Positions 20,780 to 30,443 of a stretch of 64,000 nt of DNA are shown here, in pieces (the stretch's first letter is position 1; each line of letters opens with the position of its first letter). The DNA is from an uncultured Gemmatimonadales bacterium (GTDB lineage Bacteria; Gemmatimonadota; Gemmatimonadetes; Longimicrobiales; RSA9), in contig CAWAMW010000017.1 in the NCBI GenBank assembly GCA_963783305.1, positions 160,001 to 224,000 on the forward strand, written 5' to 3'. Under the pieces are notes generated by a model that had not been told where the DNA came from, searched no databases, and saw only the letters and a program-made list of their open reading frames with translations. A program made the translations under genes and the position numbers.

Positions 20780-22038
20780 TTCTCCTCCCCGCGCCCCGCC
20801 GTCGCGCCGTATTCGCGGCAGCACGCGTGCACCTCGTCCTCGGTCAGGGTGTGTCCTGATCCCTTCGCGAGCTCGAAGACCCGTCCGCACAGCCCCGCGT
20901 CCGTCGCGTCGTAGCCGTGCTCGCCCAGCCAGTGCTTCACATTGGACATCCCGCTCATGTGGCTGATCTCGATCTTCTGTCGTCGGCCGAAGTGGGCGGC
21001 GGGCACACCGCTGTACACCATGTCCGCAAGCCAGTCATCACCCTTCTCCTGCGCCTTGATGATGGCCGCCGCGTGCACACCCGTTCCCGTGCGGAAGGCG
21101 TCCGCGCCGATGACGGGGTAGTTGTCCGGGATCGGCACGCCCGTGGCCCGGGCTACGAGCTGGCAATACTCGTCGAGCCGGGAGAGGTCGTAGTCGTGGA
21201 GCCCGAGGAGCTTGAGGTTCACGAGCAGCAGGTCCATCTCCGTATTGCCCACCCGCTCCCCGATTCCCAGCGCGGAGCCGTGGACCCGGTCCACGCCCTC
21301 CTCGATGGCCGCCAGCGTGTTCGGCACGCCCAGCGCACGGTCACGGTGGCCGTGGAAATCCAGCTTCACGTCCTCACCGCTCGGCCCGATGACCGAGTCC
21401 TTCACGAACCGCACGAGCTGTCGGACCCCATGGGGCGTGGCGTGGCCCACGGTGTCGGCGATGCAGATCCGACGCGCACCCTGCTCGATCGCGGTGCCGT
21501 ACAGCCGGCTCAGCGTCTCCGGTGCAGCCCGGGTCGTGTCCTCCGTCACGTACATGACCGGCAGCCCCTCCGCCACCGCGAATCGGACCGCGTCCTCCGT
21601 AACCCGAAGCATCCGGTCGATCGTCCAGCCCTCCGCGTATTGACGGATGGGCGAGGAGCCGATGAAGGTGCACGCCTCGATGGGGATCCCCGTCTCCTGC
21701 GAGATGCGGGCGATGGGCTCGATGTCGGCGCGTACGGTCCGCGCCGCGCAGTTGGCGCCGATCGCCAGCCGCTGATCCGCGATCTCCCGGGCCAGCGCCC
21801 GCACATCCTCCACCGCCCTCGGCCCCGCTCCCGGAAGGCCGATATCCGCCGTGTGGATCCCCAGCGAGTCCATGAGGTGCAGGATGCGGATCTTGTCCTC
21901 GATGGATGGATCCCGCACCGACGGCGACTGGAGCCCGTCCCGGAGCGTCTCGTCGTCGAGCTCCACCGGCCGCAGCGACGCGTAGTCAAACGCGTCGCCG
22001 ACCGTGTTCCAGTCGTGGATGAGATCCTGCCGCTTCAT
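20776..22038 (-). CDS. DRE-TIM metallolyase, 2-isopropylmalate/homocitrate synthase family, no C-terminal regulatory domain
   Basis: DETLRDGLQ, ADTVG, HGHRD, GIGERVGN motifs. Confidence 0.85.
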   Translation of the reverse strand: MKRQDLIHDWNTVGDAFDYASLRPVELDDETLRDGLQSPSVRDPSIEDKIRILHLMDSLGIHTADIGLPGAGPRAVEDVRALAREIADQRLAIGANCAARTVRADIEPIARISQETGIPIEACTFIGSSPIRQYAEGWTIDRMLRVTEDAVRFAVAEGLPVMYVTEDTTRAAPETLSRLYGTAIEQGARRICIADTVGHATPHGVRQLVRFVKDSVIGPSGEDVKLDFHGHRDRALGVPNTLAAIEEGVDRVHGSALGIGERVGNTEMDLLLVNLKLLGLHDYDLSRLDEYCQLVARATGVPIPDNYPVIGADAFRTGTGVHAAAIIKAQEKGDDWLADMVYSGVPAAHFGRRQKIEISHMSGMSNVKHWLGEHGYDATDAGLCGRVFELAKGSGHTLTEDEVHACCREYGATAGRGEEK

Positions 22039-22191
22039 CTGGGGGGCCTCGCGGAGTCGGGGGGCGCGGGTCAAGATGTTCGGAGCGGGAGGGCGCTGTC
22101 AATCATTGGACGCTCGCTGTTGGGGCGCTCGCTGTTGGCTGCTCAGCTCATTCGCGTCCCCTCCGTTGTCCCCCCATCAACAGGGAGCGGG

Positions 22192-23190
22192 TCAGCGCGA
22201 CTGGCCGTCTATGACGGAGTCCGCGGCCACGCTGACGCTGCCCGTCACGCCCCTGACCACGGCCCGATCGCCGATGACGGAGTCGTGGAGGTCGCAGTCC
22301 TCGATCACCACGTCGCGGCCCACAATGCAGTCACGTAGCTCGGAGCGCTGGATGGTGGTGCCCTCCTCGAGCGTCACGTTCGGCCCGATCCGCGCCGATT
22401 CCACGGTCACCCCGGGCTCTATCCGCACCGGATCGTCGAACGACGAATCCCGGGCCCCATCCGGAGCGCGACCGCGCGTGGTCTCGAGCAGGTGTTGGTT
22501 GGTTTCAATGAGCGTGCCCGGCTTGCCGCAGTCGTACCACCCCTCCACCTCGGCGGTCCGGATGCGGGCGCCCTTGTCGATCATGTACTGGAAGGCGTCG
22601 GTCAGGTAGTACTCCCCACCGGGCCCCAGGGTGCTCTTCAGTGTGTCGTTGATCCCCTCGAAGAGGAGCTGCCAGTCCCGGATGTAGTACAGCCCGATGT
22701 TCGCCAGTTTCGAGATCGGGTCCTGCGGCTTCTCGATGATCCGCTCCATGTACCCATCGTCATCCGTGACGATGACCCCGAAGCGCTGGTAGTCGTCCAC
22801 CTCTTTCGCCCAGATGACGCCCGCGTCCTCCTCCGGCAGCCGCTTCACCAGCGACAGGTCGGTGTCGAAGAGCGTGTCCACGAAGATGATGAGCAGGTCC
22901 TCGTCAATGTACGGCTCTGCGAGCTTTACGGCTCCCGCGGTCCCGTCCTGGACCTCCTGCTCCACGAAGTGCGACGTGAACTCGGGGTACTCTTTCTCGA
23001 TGTACGCCTCGATCGTCTCCTTCATGTACCCCGTGATGAAGACCGCCTCGTCGACGCCCAGATCCCGGAGGTCATCCAGGATGTAGCTCATGACGGGTCG
23101 GCCACCCACGTGCACCAGCGGTTTCGGCGTGGTGTACGTGTGCGGACGGAGGCGTGTGCCCTTCCCGGCCAGCGGTATGACGACCTTCAC
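22192..23190 (-). CDS. Sugar-phosphate nucleotidyltransferase with C-terminal hexapeptide repeats
   Basis: VIPLAGKGTRLRPHT..PKPL, IEKP, YYLTDA, WYDCG; GAGGAG RBS before GTG. Confidence 0.9.
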   Translation of the reverse strand: MKVVIPLAGKGTRLRPHTYTTPKPLVHVGGRPVMSYILDDLRDLGVDEAVFITGYMKETIEAYIEKEYPEFTSHFVEQEVQDGTAGAVKLAEPYIDEDLLIIFVDTLFDTDLSLVKRLPEEDAGVIWAKEVDDYQRFGVIVTDDDGYMERIIEKPQDPISKLANIGLYYIRDWQLLFEGINDTLKSTLGPGGEYYLTDAFQYMIDKGARIRTAEVEGWYDCGKPGTLIETNQHLLETTRGRAPDGARDSSFDDPVRIEPGVTVESARIGPNVTLEEGTTIQRSELRDCIVGRDVVIEDCDLHDSVIGDRAVVRGVTGSVSVAADSVIDGQSR

Positions 23191-23346
23191 TTCGACTCCT
23201 CGTTGAATGCGCGCTCCCACCGGCTCTGCGGGCATGCAAGCTCGGTTCCCAGCGCGGCAGAATACCCGTCGTGACCCACACCTGCCAGGTGCGCACCCGA
23301 CAGCTCCCGTCTCGCGTTGGCTCGACACGTGCTCTATTTTCCGGGC

Positions 23347-24075
23347 ATGAGAACCATTGCTACAGTACTCGTCGCGCTCGTCATCGGCGCCTGCTCGGCC
23401 CACCCGCGCCCGGTCGCCGCGCAGCTCCAGGACGTCGCGGACCCGCCGATCCCCACGATCAATGTCAGCGCCAACGCCACCGTCCGGCGCGCGCCCGACG
23501 TGGCCGTGATCCAGCTGGCCGTGGAGACCATCGCCCCCACTGCGCGCGAGGCCACGGACAGGAACACCGCCCTCATGGACGCCGTACTGGCAGCCGTGCG
23601 GGGCCGGGACGTCCCCCCGTCCGCCATCCGCACACAGCGACTGGATCTCCAGCCGCGCTATCAGGACCGGAGGGATGCGGACCCCGAGATCGTCGGGTAT
23701 CGCGCGCTCAACCAGGTGACCGTCCGCCTCAATGACGTCGCGGCCACCGGACCCGTCGTGGACGCCGCCGTGCGCGCGGGCGCCAACCGGGTGACAGGGA
23801 TCCACTTCGAGCTATCGGACCCGCAGTCGGCGTATCACGAGGCGCTCCGGGATGCGGTGGCGCAGGCGCGTGCCGAGGCCGAGGTTCTGGCAGCGGCGCT
23901 GGGTCGCACCCTGGGCGAGCCCCTGAACGTATCGACCGGGGGGTTCAACCCGCCGCGGCCAATGTTCCGCGCGGAGTCCATGGCCGCCATGGATCAGGCA
24001 GGCCCTCCGCCCGTGGAGCCGGGCGAGGTGGAGGTGCAGGCAAACGTCAGCATCGCGTGGCGCCTGGGGACGTGA
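23347..24075 (+). CDS. SIMPL (DUF541) domain periplasmic protein
   Basis: Signal peptide; PDVAVIQLAV, IRT..LQPRY, GYRALNQVTV, GAN.V.GI.F motifs. Confidence 0.85.
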   Translation: MRTIATVLVALVIGACSAHPRPVAAQLQDVADPPIPTINVSANATVRRAPDVAVIQLAVETIAPTAREATDRNTALMDAVLAAVRGRDVPPSAIRTQRLDLQPRYQDRRDADPEIVGYRALNQVTVRLNDVAATGPVVDAAVRAGANRVTGIHFELSDPQSAYHEALRDAVAQARAEAEVLAAALGRTLGEPLNVSTGGFNPPRPMFRAESMAAMDQAGPPPVEPGEVEVQANVSIAWRLGT

Positions 24076-24524
24076 TCGGGGGCCTGATCGACGCGTTCGT
24101 TCGCGGGCTCACGCGGAACGCCGCCTTCACTTCACCGGGGGCGGAAGACCCCCGTCTCGTCGGCCGCACCTACGCCGTCCCGTTCGAGGAGGTGTGGCAG
24201 GCGTCGCTCGACCTCGTCGGTGGCGGAATCCCGCGCTGGGAGATCGTCGAGTCCGACGACCAGGAGGGGATCATCCGGGGTGTCGCTCACGGCCGCATGG
24301 AGCGGTTCACCAGCACCATTACAGTCCGGATCACCCTCGACCGGGACGCCCAGACACGCGTCGATGCCATCGCCGCCTCCCGCGCCGGCCGCGCCGATCT
24401 GGGCTCCAACGCCCGTTGGCTGCACCGCTACTTCAGGACGCTCGATCGCCGCATCGAGGACGATCACGGCCGCGCCATCGCCGCACTCCGCCTCGATACC
24501 GCGCACGCCGGCGCGCGGCTCTGA
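24072..24524 (+). CDS. DUF1499-like hypothetical protein
   Basis: ASRAGRADLGSNAR resembles the SR.G..DLG.N..R motif; GTGA overlap. Confidence 0.6.
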   Translation: MIGGLIDAFVRGLTRNAAFTSPGAEDPRLVGRTYAVPFEEVWQASLDLVGGGIPRWEIVESDDQEGIIRGVAHGRMERFTSTITVRITLDRDAQTRVDAIAASRAGRADLGSNARWLHRYFRTLDRRIEDDHGRAIAALRLDTAHAGARL

Positions 24525-24566
24525 ACCCGCCGCCGCCCGCCACTGCCCCGATCGGAGGCCCGGCCG

Positions 24567-25460
24567 ATGATCATCGATTTTCACACCCACCCCTGGATGC
24601 CGCGGCGTCTGAACGGCGCCACCGAGGCGTTCATCCGCGGGATCTCGCCTGCGGTCGCGCAGCACGGCGATCGGCTGGAGGACCCCGCGTTCGCCGCCAA
24701 TGTCCTCCGTTCGGAAGGCGTCCACCGCGCCGTAGTCCTCCCGGAGCACTGCCCCGAGACCTCGGGCAACGTGAGGACCGGAGACGTCCTCGCCTTCTGC
24801 GCGGCCGCACCCGACTTCTACCTCCCGTTCGCGTCCATCAACCCGAACCTCGACCCGGACCCCGCCGCACTCCTGGCGGACTATGTGGAGGCTGGCGTCC
24901 GCGGACTGAAGATCTACCCGTCCTACCAGTTCTTCACTCCGGATGAAGAGCGCCTGTACCCGGTATACGACGTATGCCAGACCGCCGGGATCCCACTCCT
25001 GGTGCACGTAGGCAGCTCCGTCATACCCGGCACCCGCCTCGAGTACTGCCACCCCCGTTACCTCGAGCCCGTCGCCCGCCAGTTCCCGGGCCTGCCTGTG
25101 GTGATGGCGCACGGCGGACGCGGCCACTGGTATCGGGAGTGCGCCGAGCTCACGGCCGCCCTACCCAACGTCTACATCGACGTGACCGGACTCGTGCCGT
25201 CACGACTGCTGGAACATTTCCCGGAGCTCCCCTCCCTCGCCGGGCAGGTAGTGTTCGGGAGCGACTGGCCCGCCATGCCGAAGAGCGTGGCCCACAATGT
25301 GGCGGCCGTGCGCGCCCTGGGCCTCCACGATGACGCCGTGGACGCCATCCTGTGGCGCAATGCCGCACGGCTTCTCCACCTCGATGAGCCCCGCCGACCC
25401 ACGCCTCCTCACGCGAGGACGTCTGGTTCGGATCATGCGTTGAATCCCTCCGATTCCTGA
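24567..25460 (+). CDS. Amidohydrolase_2 family metallo-hydrolase
   Basis: IIDFHTH, GLKIYP, LVHVG, MAHGG, FGSDWP. Confidence 0.9.
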   Translation: MIIDFHTHPWMPRRLNGATEAFIRGISPAVAQHGDRLEDPAFAANVLRSEGVHRAVVLPEHCPETSGNVRTGDVLAFCAAAPDFYLPFASINPNLDPDPAALLADYVEAGVRGLKIYPSYQFFTPDEERLYPVYDVCQTAGIPLLVHVGSSVIPGTRLEYCHPRYLEPVARQFPGLPVVMAHGGRGHWYRECAELTAALPNVYIDVTGLVPSRLLEHFPELPSLAGQVVFGSDWPAMPKSVAHNVAAVRALGLHDDAVDAILWRNAARLLHLDEPRRPTPPHARTSGSDHALNPSDS

Positions 25461-25477
25461 ACCTGAACCGCTTGCCC

Positions 25478-27925
25478 ATGTCGCCAATCCCCGATCCGAC
25501 GACGGTCCCGCTCCTGCCCCTCCGGAGCACCGCCATCTACCCGTCCGCCGCGCTCTCGGTACAGATCGGGATCGAGGCGAGCCTCGCCATGCTCGGCGCC
25601 CACACCGGAGAGGGGCTGGAGGTCGTGACGGCTCTGGACTACGGCACCGGCGACGATCCCGTCGACCCTCGCAAGCTCCGCAAGATCGGGGTGCTCGCCC
25701 GGATCACGGACCGCCTCCACCTGCCGGGGGGGTCCATGCAGGTGACGGTGCAGGGGCTGCGGCGCGTGCGGATCCGGAAGCTCACCCACCCCGACGGCTA
25801 CCTGATGGCCACCATCGAGGAGGTCGAGGAGGAGCGGGCAACCGACGAGGCCGCCGAGGGGCTGATGGCACGCATTATCGCGGCCCTCGAAACGCTCTCC
25901 GCTGAGGTGGAGCGAGTGTCCGCCGAGATCCCGGCCGTGCTTCGTATGAACGTCGGCAAGCCGGGCCGCTTCGCCGACCTCGTCGCAACGCTCGCGAACT
26001 TTACGGTCCGGAACAAGGACGAGGTGCTCCAGCGGCTCGACATCACCGCCCGACTGGATTTCGTCCTCCAGCAGCTCGAGGACGAGCTCACGCACCTCCG
26101 TGAGATGGCCGCCGAAGCGGCCGACAGCGCGGAGCCCCGGGCCGGGGGCGACCCCGAACGCCCACGCCGGCCGCGCCGCCAGCGGGCTTCGGAGCTGCGC
26201 CGCAGCATCAAGCGGCTCCAGGTGGAGCTCGGACGCGTGGATCCCGCGGAGCGCGAGGCGGTCCACCTCCTCCGACGCATCGACGCCATCGAGCTGCCGA
26301 TCCACGTGGCCGCCCGGATCCGGCAGGAGGTGGAACGGCTGAGGGCCATCGAGCCCGGGGGTCCCGAGGCCCAGGAGATCCGGACGTACATCGACTGGCT
26401 GCTGGCGATGCCCTGGGAGGAGCGGGCCACCGGGAGTCCCCGTGAGATCGACCTGGAGGCCGTCCGGCTCGCCCTGGACAACGAGCTGCTCGGTCTCGAT
26501 GAGCCGAAGGAGCGGCTGCTGGATGACCTCGCGGTCGCTCGCCTCCGCGGCGACCTCGAAGGCCCCATCCCCTGCATCGTCGGACCGCCCCACGTGGGCA
26601 AGACCACCCTCGCCGCCGCCGTCGCACACGGCCTCCGCCGACCCCTCGCCCGCGTCGATATCGACGGACGGGGCGAGGCGGACCTCATCGGCGTCCGCCG
26701 CACTCAGCGCGATGCGGCCGCTGGCAAGATCGCGCAGTCGCTCCGCGACGTGGGCGTGTGCGATCCCGTCCTCCTGTTGGAGGAAGTGGACCTGGCCGGC
26801 GCCGGAAAGGTGGAGGGTGACCCCGCCGACGCACTCGTGGAGGCGCTGCGGTGGCCGGAGCGGAAATCGTTTGTCGACCGCTACCTCGATGTGTCCTTCG
26901 ACCTCTCCCGCGCCATCGTGATCGCCACCGCCTACGATTTCCACCGGATCCCGCGGGACCTGCGGGAGATGATGGTCGAGATCCGGATCGCCGGATATAC
27001 ACCGGAGGAGAAGGTGGCCATATCCCGGCAGCGGCTCCTGCCGCGCCTGATCCGGGACCACGGCCTCGAGCCGGATGACGTCCGCTTCACCGATGACACC
27101 CTCTACGACCTGATCCGCGGGTATGCGCGCGACACGGGGCTCGAGCGGACGAGGCGAACCCTCGCCACCCTCCTTCGGACCCGCGCCCGCGCCAAGGCGT
27201 CCGGACAGGACGGGGTCTGGGAGTTCGGGACGGAGCGCATCGAGGAGATCCTCGGGCCGCCGCGCTATGTCGCTACGCCCGCCGAGAGCGCGCCCGAGGT
27301 GGGCGTCGTCACGGGCCTGGCCTGGACCGCCGCGGGGGGCGAGCTCCTCTTCATCGAGGCGCTCAGCATGCCCGGCAGCGGACGCCTCTTCATCACCGGC
27401 CACCTCGGCGATGTCATGAAGGAGTCGGTCAACGCCGCGTACTCCTACGTCCGCAGCCGCGCCGCCGAGCTCGGCATCCGCGATGGCGACTTCGGCGAGA
27501 TCGACGTCCACGTCCACTTCCCCGTGGGCGCCGTCCCCAAGGACGGCCCTTCCGCAGGAGTCGCCGTCACCCTCGCCCTCGCCTCCACCCTGGCCGGTCT
27601 CCCCGTTCGCCACGACATCGCCATGTCCGGCGAGGTCACGCTCCGCGGGAAAGTGCTGGAGGTCGGCGGCATCAAGGAGAAGGTCCTGGCCGCCTACCGC
27701 GCCGGCATTCGTGAGATCATCCTCCCCGCGGGCAACGAGCGCGACCTGCGGGACGTGCCCGAGAACACCCGCTCCAGGATCGACTTCTACTTCGTCGAGC
27801 GGATGGACGAGGTGCTGGAGCTCGCCCTCATGCGCGGCCCCGAGAAGTCGGCCGACCGAGCCGGCAAGACACCGCGCCGTGAGAAGGCCGAGTCCGGCGA
27901 CGAGCGGGTGGCGAAAGAGCGCTAG
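25478..27925 (+). CDS. lon: Lon protease homologue (N-domain, degenerate AAA+ module, intact S16 protease domain)
   Basis: PLLPLR N-domain; PKDGPSAG catalytic Ser; [19 protein letters not shown] catalytic Lys; AAA+ motifs altered. Confidence 0.85.
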   Translation: MSPIPDPTTVPLLPLRSTAIYPSAALSVQIGIEASLAMLGAHTGEGLEVVTALDYGTGDDPVDPRKLRKIGVLARITDRLHLPGGSMQVTVQGLRRVRIRKLTHPDGYLMATIEEVEEERATDEAAEGLMARIIAALETLSAEVERVSAEIPAVLRMNVGKPGRFADLVATLANFTVRNKDEVLQRLDITARLDFVLQQLEDELTHLREMAAEAADSAEPRAGGDPERPRRPRRQRASELRRSIKRLQVELGRVDPAEREAVHLLRRIDAIELPIHVAARIRQEVERLRAIEPGGPEAQEIRTYIDWLLAMPWEERATGSPREIDLEAVRLALDNELLGLDEPKERLLDDLAVARLRGDLEGPIPCIVGPPHVGKTTLAAAVAHGLRRPLARVDIDGRGEADLIGVRRTQRDAAAGKIAQSLRDVGVCDPVLLLEEVDLAGAGKVEGDPADALVEALRWPERKSFVDRYLDVSFDLSRAIVIATAYDFHRIPRDLREMMVEIRIAGYTPEEKVAISRQRLLPRLIRDHGLEPDDVRFTDDTLYDLIRGYARDTGLERTRRTLATLLRTRARAKASGQDGVWEFGTERIEEILGPPRYVATPAESAPEVGVVTGLAWTAAGGELLFIEALSMPGSGRLFITGHLGDVMKESVNAAYSYVRSRAAELGIRDGDFGEIDVHVHFPVGAVPKDGPSAGVAVTLALASTLAGLPVRHDIAMSGEVTLRGKVLEVGGIKEKVLAAYRAGIREIILPAGNERDLRDVPENTRSRIDFYFVERMDEVLELALMRGPEKSADRAGKTPRREKAESGDERVAKER

Positions 27926-27926
27926 C

Positions 27927-28010
27927 GGGGGCGAGCAAAGCGAGGCCGCAGGCCAAGCCCCGACAGCGCGCGTCAGCGCGCGTCCCAACAGCCGCGCGTC
28001 AGCGCCGCGA
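27927..28010. repeat. REP-like short palindrome cluster at the lon/symporter convergent junction
   Basis: GCGAGGCCGCAGGCCAAGC (reverse complement resembles 19752-19772) and repeated GCGCGTCAGCGC. Confidence 0.4.
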
Positions 28011-28012
28011 CC

Positions 28013-29308
28013 CTACGGCCTGATCTCCACCGGATGATCCTTCGGCCTCGGGATGAGCTCCTCGCCCTCCGTCCGGGCGACGAAGCTGGCGGCGGTGAGG
28101 TCGCCGGTGACGTTCACCGCCGTCCGGAGCATGTCCAGGATCCGGTCCACCCCGAGGATCAGCGCGATGCCGGCGGCCGCGTGCCCACCGAGACCGACGG
28201 AGTTCAGCACCAGGATCAGGATGATGATGCCCGCGCTGGGCACGCCCGCGGCGCCGATGCTCGCCAGTGTCGCCGTGAGCACGATGGTGACCTGCTCCCC
28301 CACGCCCAGGCCCACCCCGTAGATCTGGGCGATGAACATGGTGGCCACCGCCTGGTAGAGCGCCGTGCCGTCCATGTTGATGGTGGCGCCGAGCGGCAGC
28401 ACGAAGGACGCTATCTGGGGCGAGATCCCCAGGTCCTCCTCGGCGGTCTCCATGGTCACGGGCAGCGTGGCGTTCGAGCTCGATGTCGAGAAGGCCACCA
28501 CCTGCGCTTCCACGATCCGGCGATAGAACGTGATCGGGTTCATCTTCACCAGGAACCGGACCACGAGGCCGTAGGTGAACAGGGCGTGGATCAGCAGTCC
28601 CGCCGTCACCGTCAGCGTGTAGATCAGCAGAGACCGGAGCAGGTCGAGGCCGAACTGCGCCACGACGGCCGCGATCAGCGCGAAGACCGCGTACGGCGCG
28701 AGCTTCATGATCCAGTCGATGAGCACCATGACCGCGTCGTTGACGCCCTCCGCGACCATCAGGACCGCCTGCTTCTTCTCTTCCTCCACCAGGGTGATGG
28801 CCGCCCCGAACAGGATCATGAAGATGATGAGCGGCAGCAGATCCATCTCCGCCGCCGCCTGAATCGGGTTCCGCGGGATCATGTTCAACAGCGTTTCCAC
28901 CACCGGCGGCTTCTCCGCGGCCATCGCCACCCGCTGGCCGGCTTCCGTCGCGAACGCCTGCGACAGCGTGTCCCGAGTGGCCGGATCGATGCGGCCGCCC
29001 GGCTGGATCACGTTCGACAGCACGATGCCGATCGTCACCGCCACCGCTGTGGTGGTCAGGTAGTATGCCACCGTCTTGCCGCCGATCCGGCCGAGCTTCC
29101 GAAGGTCGCCCAGCGACGCCGTACCGATCAGCAGGCTCGCGGCCACCAGCGGCACCACGACCATCGTGATGAGCCGGATGAACGCGGTGCCAATCGGCTC
29201 GACGGCGGCGAGGATCGCCTGCAGCCAGACCAGGTCCAGCACGTTCGCGATGAGCCCGACGGCGACGCCGAGTCCGAGACCGATCAGGATCTTCGTGTAG
29301 AGCTGCAT
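28013..29308 (-). CDS. Dicarboxylate/amino acid:cation symporter (GltP/DAACS family)
   Basis: AFSTSSSNATLP, LGATINMDGTALY, ASIGAAGVP, DMLRTAVNVTGD. Confidence 0.95.
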   Translation of the reverse strand: MQLYTKILIGLGLGVAVGLIANVLDLVWLQAILAAVEPIGTAFIRLITMVVVPLVAASLLIGTASLGDLRKLGRIGGKTVAYYLTTTAVAVTIGIVLSNVIQPGGRIDPATRDTLSQAFATEAGQRVAMAAEKPPVVETLLNMIPRNPIQAAAEMDLLPLIIFMILFGAAITLVEEEKKQAVLMVAEGVNDAVMVLIDWIMKLAPYAVFALIAAVVAQFGLDLLRSLLIYTLTVTAGLLIHALFTYGLVVRFLVKMNPITFYRRIVEAQVVAFSTSSSNATLPVTMETAEEDLGISPQIASFVLPLGATINMDGTALYQAVATMFIAQIYGVGLGVGEQVTIVLTATLASIGAAGVPSAGIIILILVLNSVGLGGHAAAGIALILGVDRILDMLRTAVNVTGDLTAASFVARTEGEELIPRPKDHPVEIRP

Positions 29309-29435
29309 TCGCCCTGACTTTGCTGTGAGATGGGGAAGCCGGCTGGTGACGGCGGGGCGAAGTTAGCGGCCGGCTCGACGCCATGCTAGGTTTCGGCCCC
29401 ATCGTACAGAGCGCGAACGTCGCATCCCTGATCCC

Positions 29436-30443
29436 ATGCTACGCGGTTTCCACATTGTCCTCCTGCTGCTCGCCAGCGTCCTCACGGGCGCGTGCGAGAC
29501 CGACGCGCCGTGGTCCGATGACACGGCCGAGGCCGTCGACACCCCTCACGACTTCGGCCCCACCGCCACCTACGGAAGACGCCTGATCTTCATGGGGCCG
29601 GGAGACCAGCTGCCCACCGCCGCCATCTTCGATTTCACCTCCCTCAGCGACGGCGTCGCCGTCCGGCGCGGGGTGCGGGCCCGGGTCCTCACGGACGAGG
29701 AGTGGACCACCGTCGTCGACGCCGGCTGGACCCTCGAGCCCATGCGCGAGCCGTGGCGCATCGTCCCCGGCGGTGGACTCAAGGTCATGGTCAACGACGC
29801 CGGCGAGATCTCCGCCCTCGCGCACCCCGGCGACCCCGAGGTGCGTCTCCGGCCGGGGGCCCTCCTCGCCGAGAACAGCCCGGACGCTGGCACGCAGTTC
29901 GTCCTGAGACAGGCCACGCTCACCGTCCGCGACGAGACGGTCCGCGGGATCCTCCTCGACTCCCAGCTGGGCAGAACCGTGAGTCCTTCGGCGGTCCCGC
30001 GGGTCGAGCCGGACCCGGCCGAACGGACCGACACCGACTCCACGATCGGTGCGCCCCCCACACCCATCGCCAGGGCCGGGGCCGAGGCCTTCCTGGTGAA
30101 CAACAGCGGCTACTACGTGGTGTTCGCCAACTCCGCAGGCGGCGCTGTGGCGTGGCTCAGCCGCTCCGGGAGCGATGAGATCGAGCGCGGGGCGACCCTG
30201 GAGCCCATCGCCGGGCCCGAGTCGCGGGGAGACGGGGAAGAAAGCGCCGTCTCCATGCCCACCCAGTGGCGGATCAGCGGCTCCGACGGCCTGACCGGCG
30301 AGCTCTCCGCCACCGCCACCGACGCGGTACCCCTCACCGGCCTGGATCCCCTCTCCGGCCTCGGATATGTCCTCGTCACCGGATGGCTGGCCGAGGACGG
30401 CGTTCGCAGGGACGTCATCGGCCTCGTCCGCCAGGTCCGGTGA
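29436..30443 (+). CDS. Hypothetical lipoprotein
   Basis: LLLLASVLTGAC lipobox; coupled to the next gene by GTGA overlap. Confidence 0.65.
   Translation: MLRGFHIVLLLLASVLTGACETDAPWSDDTAEAVDTPHDFGPTATYGRRLIFMGPGDQLPTAAIFDFTSLSDGVAVRRGVRARVLTDEEWTTVVDAGWTLEPMREPWRIVPGGGLKVMVNDAGEISALAHPGDPEVRLRPGALLAENSPDAGTQFVLRQATLTVRDETVRGILLDSQLGRTVSPSAVPRVEPDPAERTDTDSTIGAPPTPIARAGAEAFLVNNSGYYVVFANSAGGAVAWLSRSGSDEIERGATLEPIAGPESRGDGEESAVSMPTQWRISGSDGLTGELSATATDAVPLTGLDPLSGLGYVLVTGWLAEDGVRRDVIGLVRQVR

Noticed and set aside
23191..23805. N-terminal extension of the nucleotidyltransferase (537-aa ORF)
   Set aside because: Overlaps the divergent SIMPL gene; the family motif begins at GTG 23190 with its own RBS.
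25433..27988. 851-aa minus-strand ORF
   Set aside because: Antisense shadow of lon caused by high-GC codon bias; no motifs. The same applies to 59..751, 4245..5966, 16338..18311 and 46249..47736.
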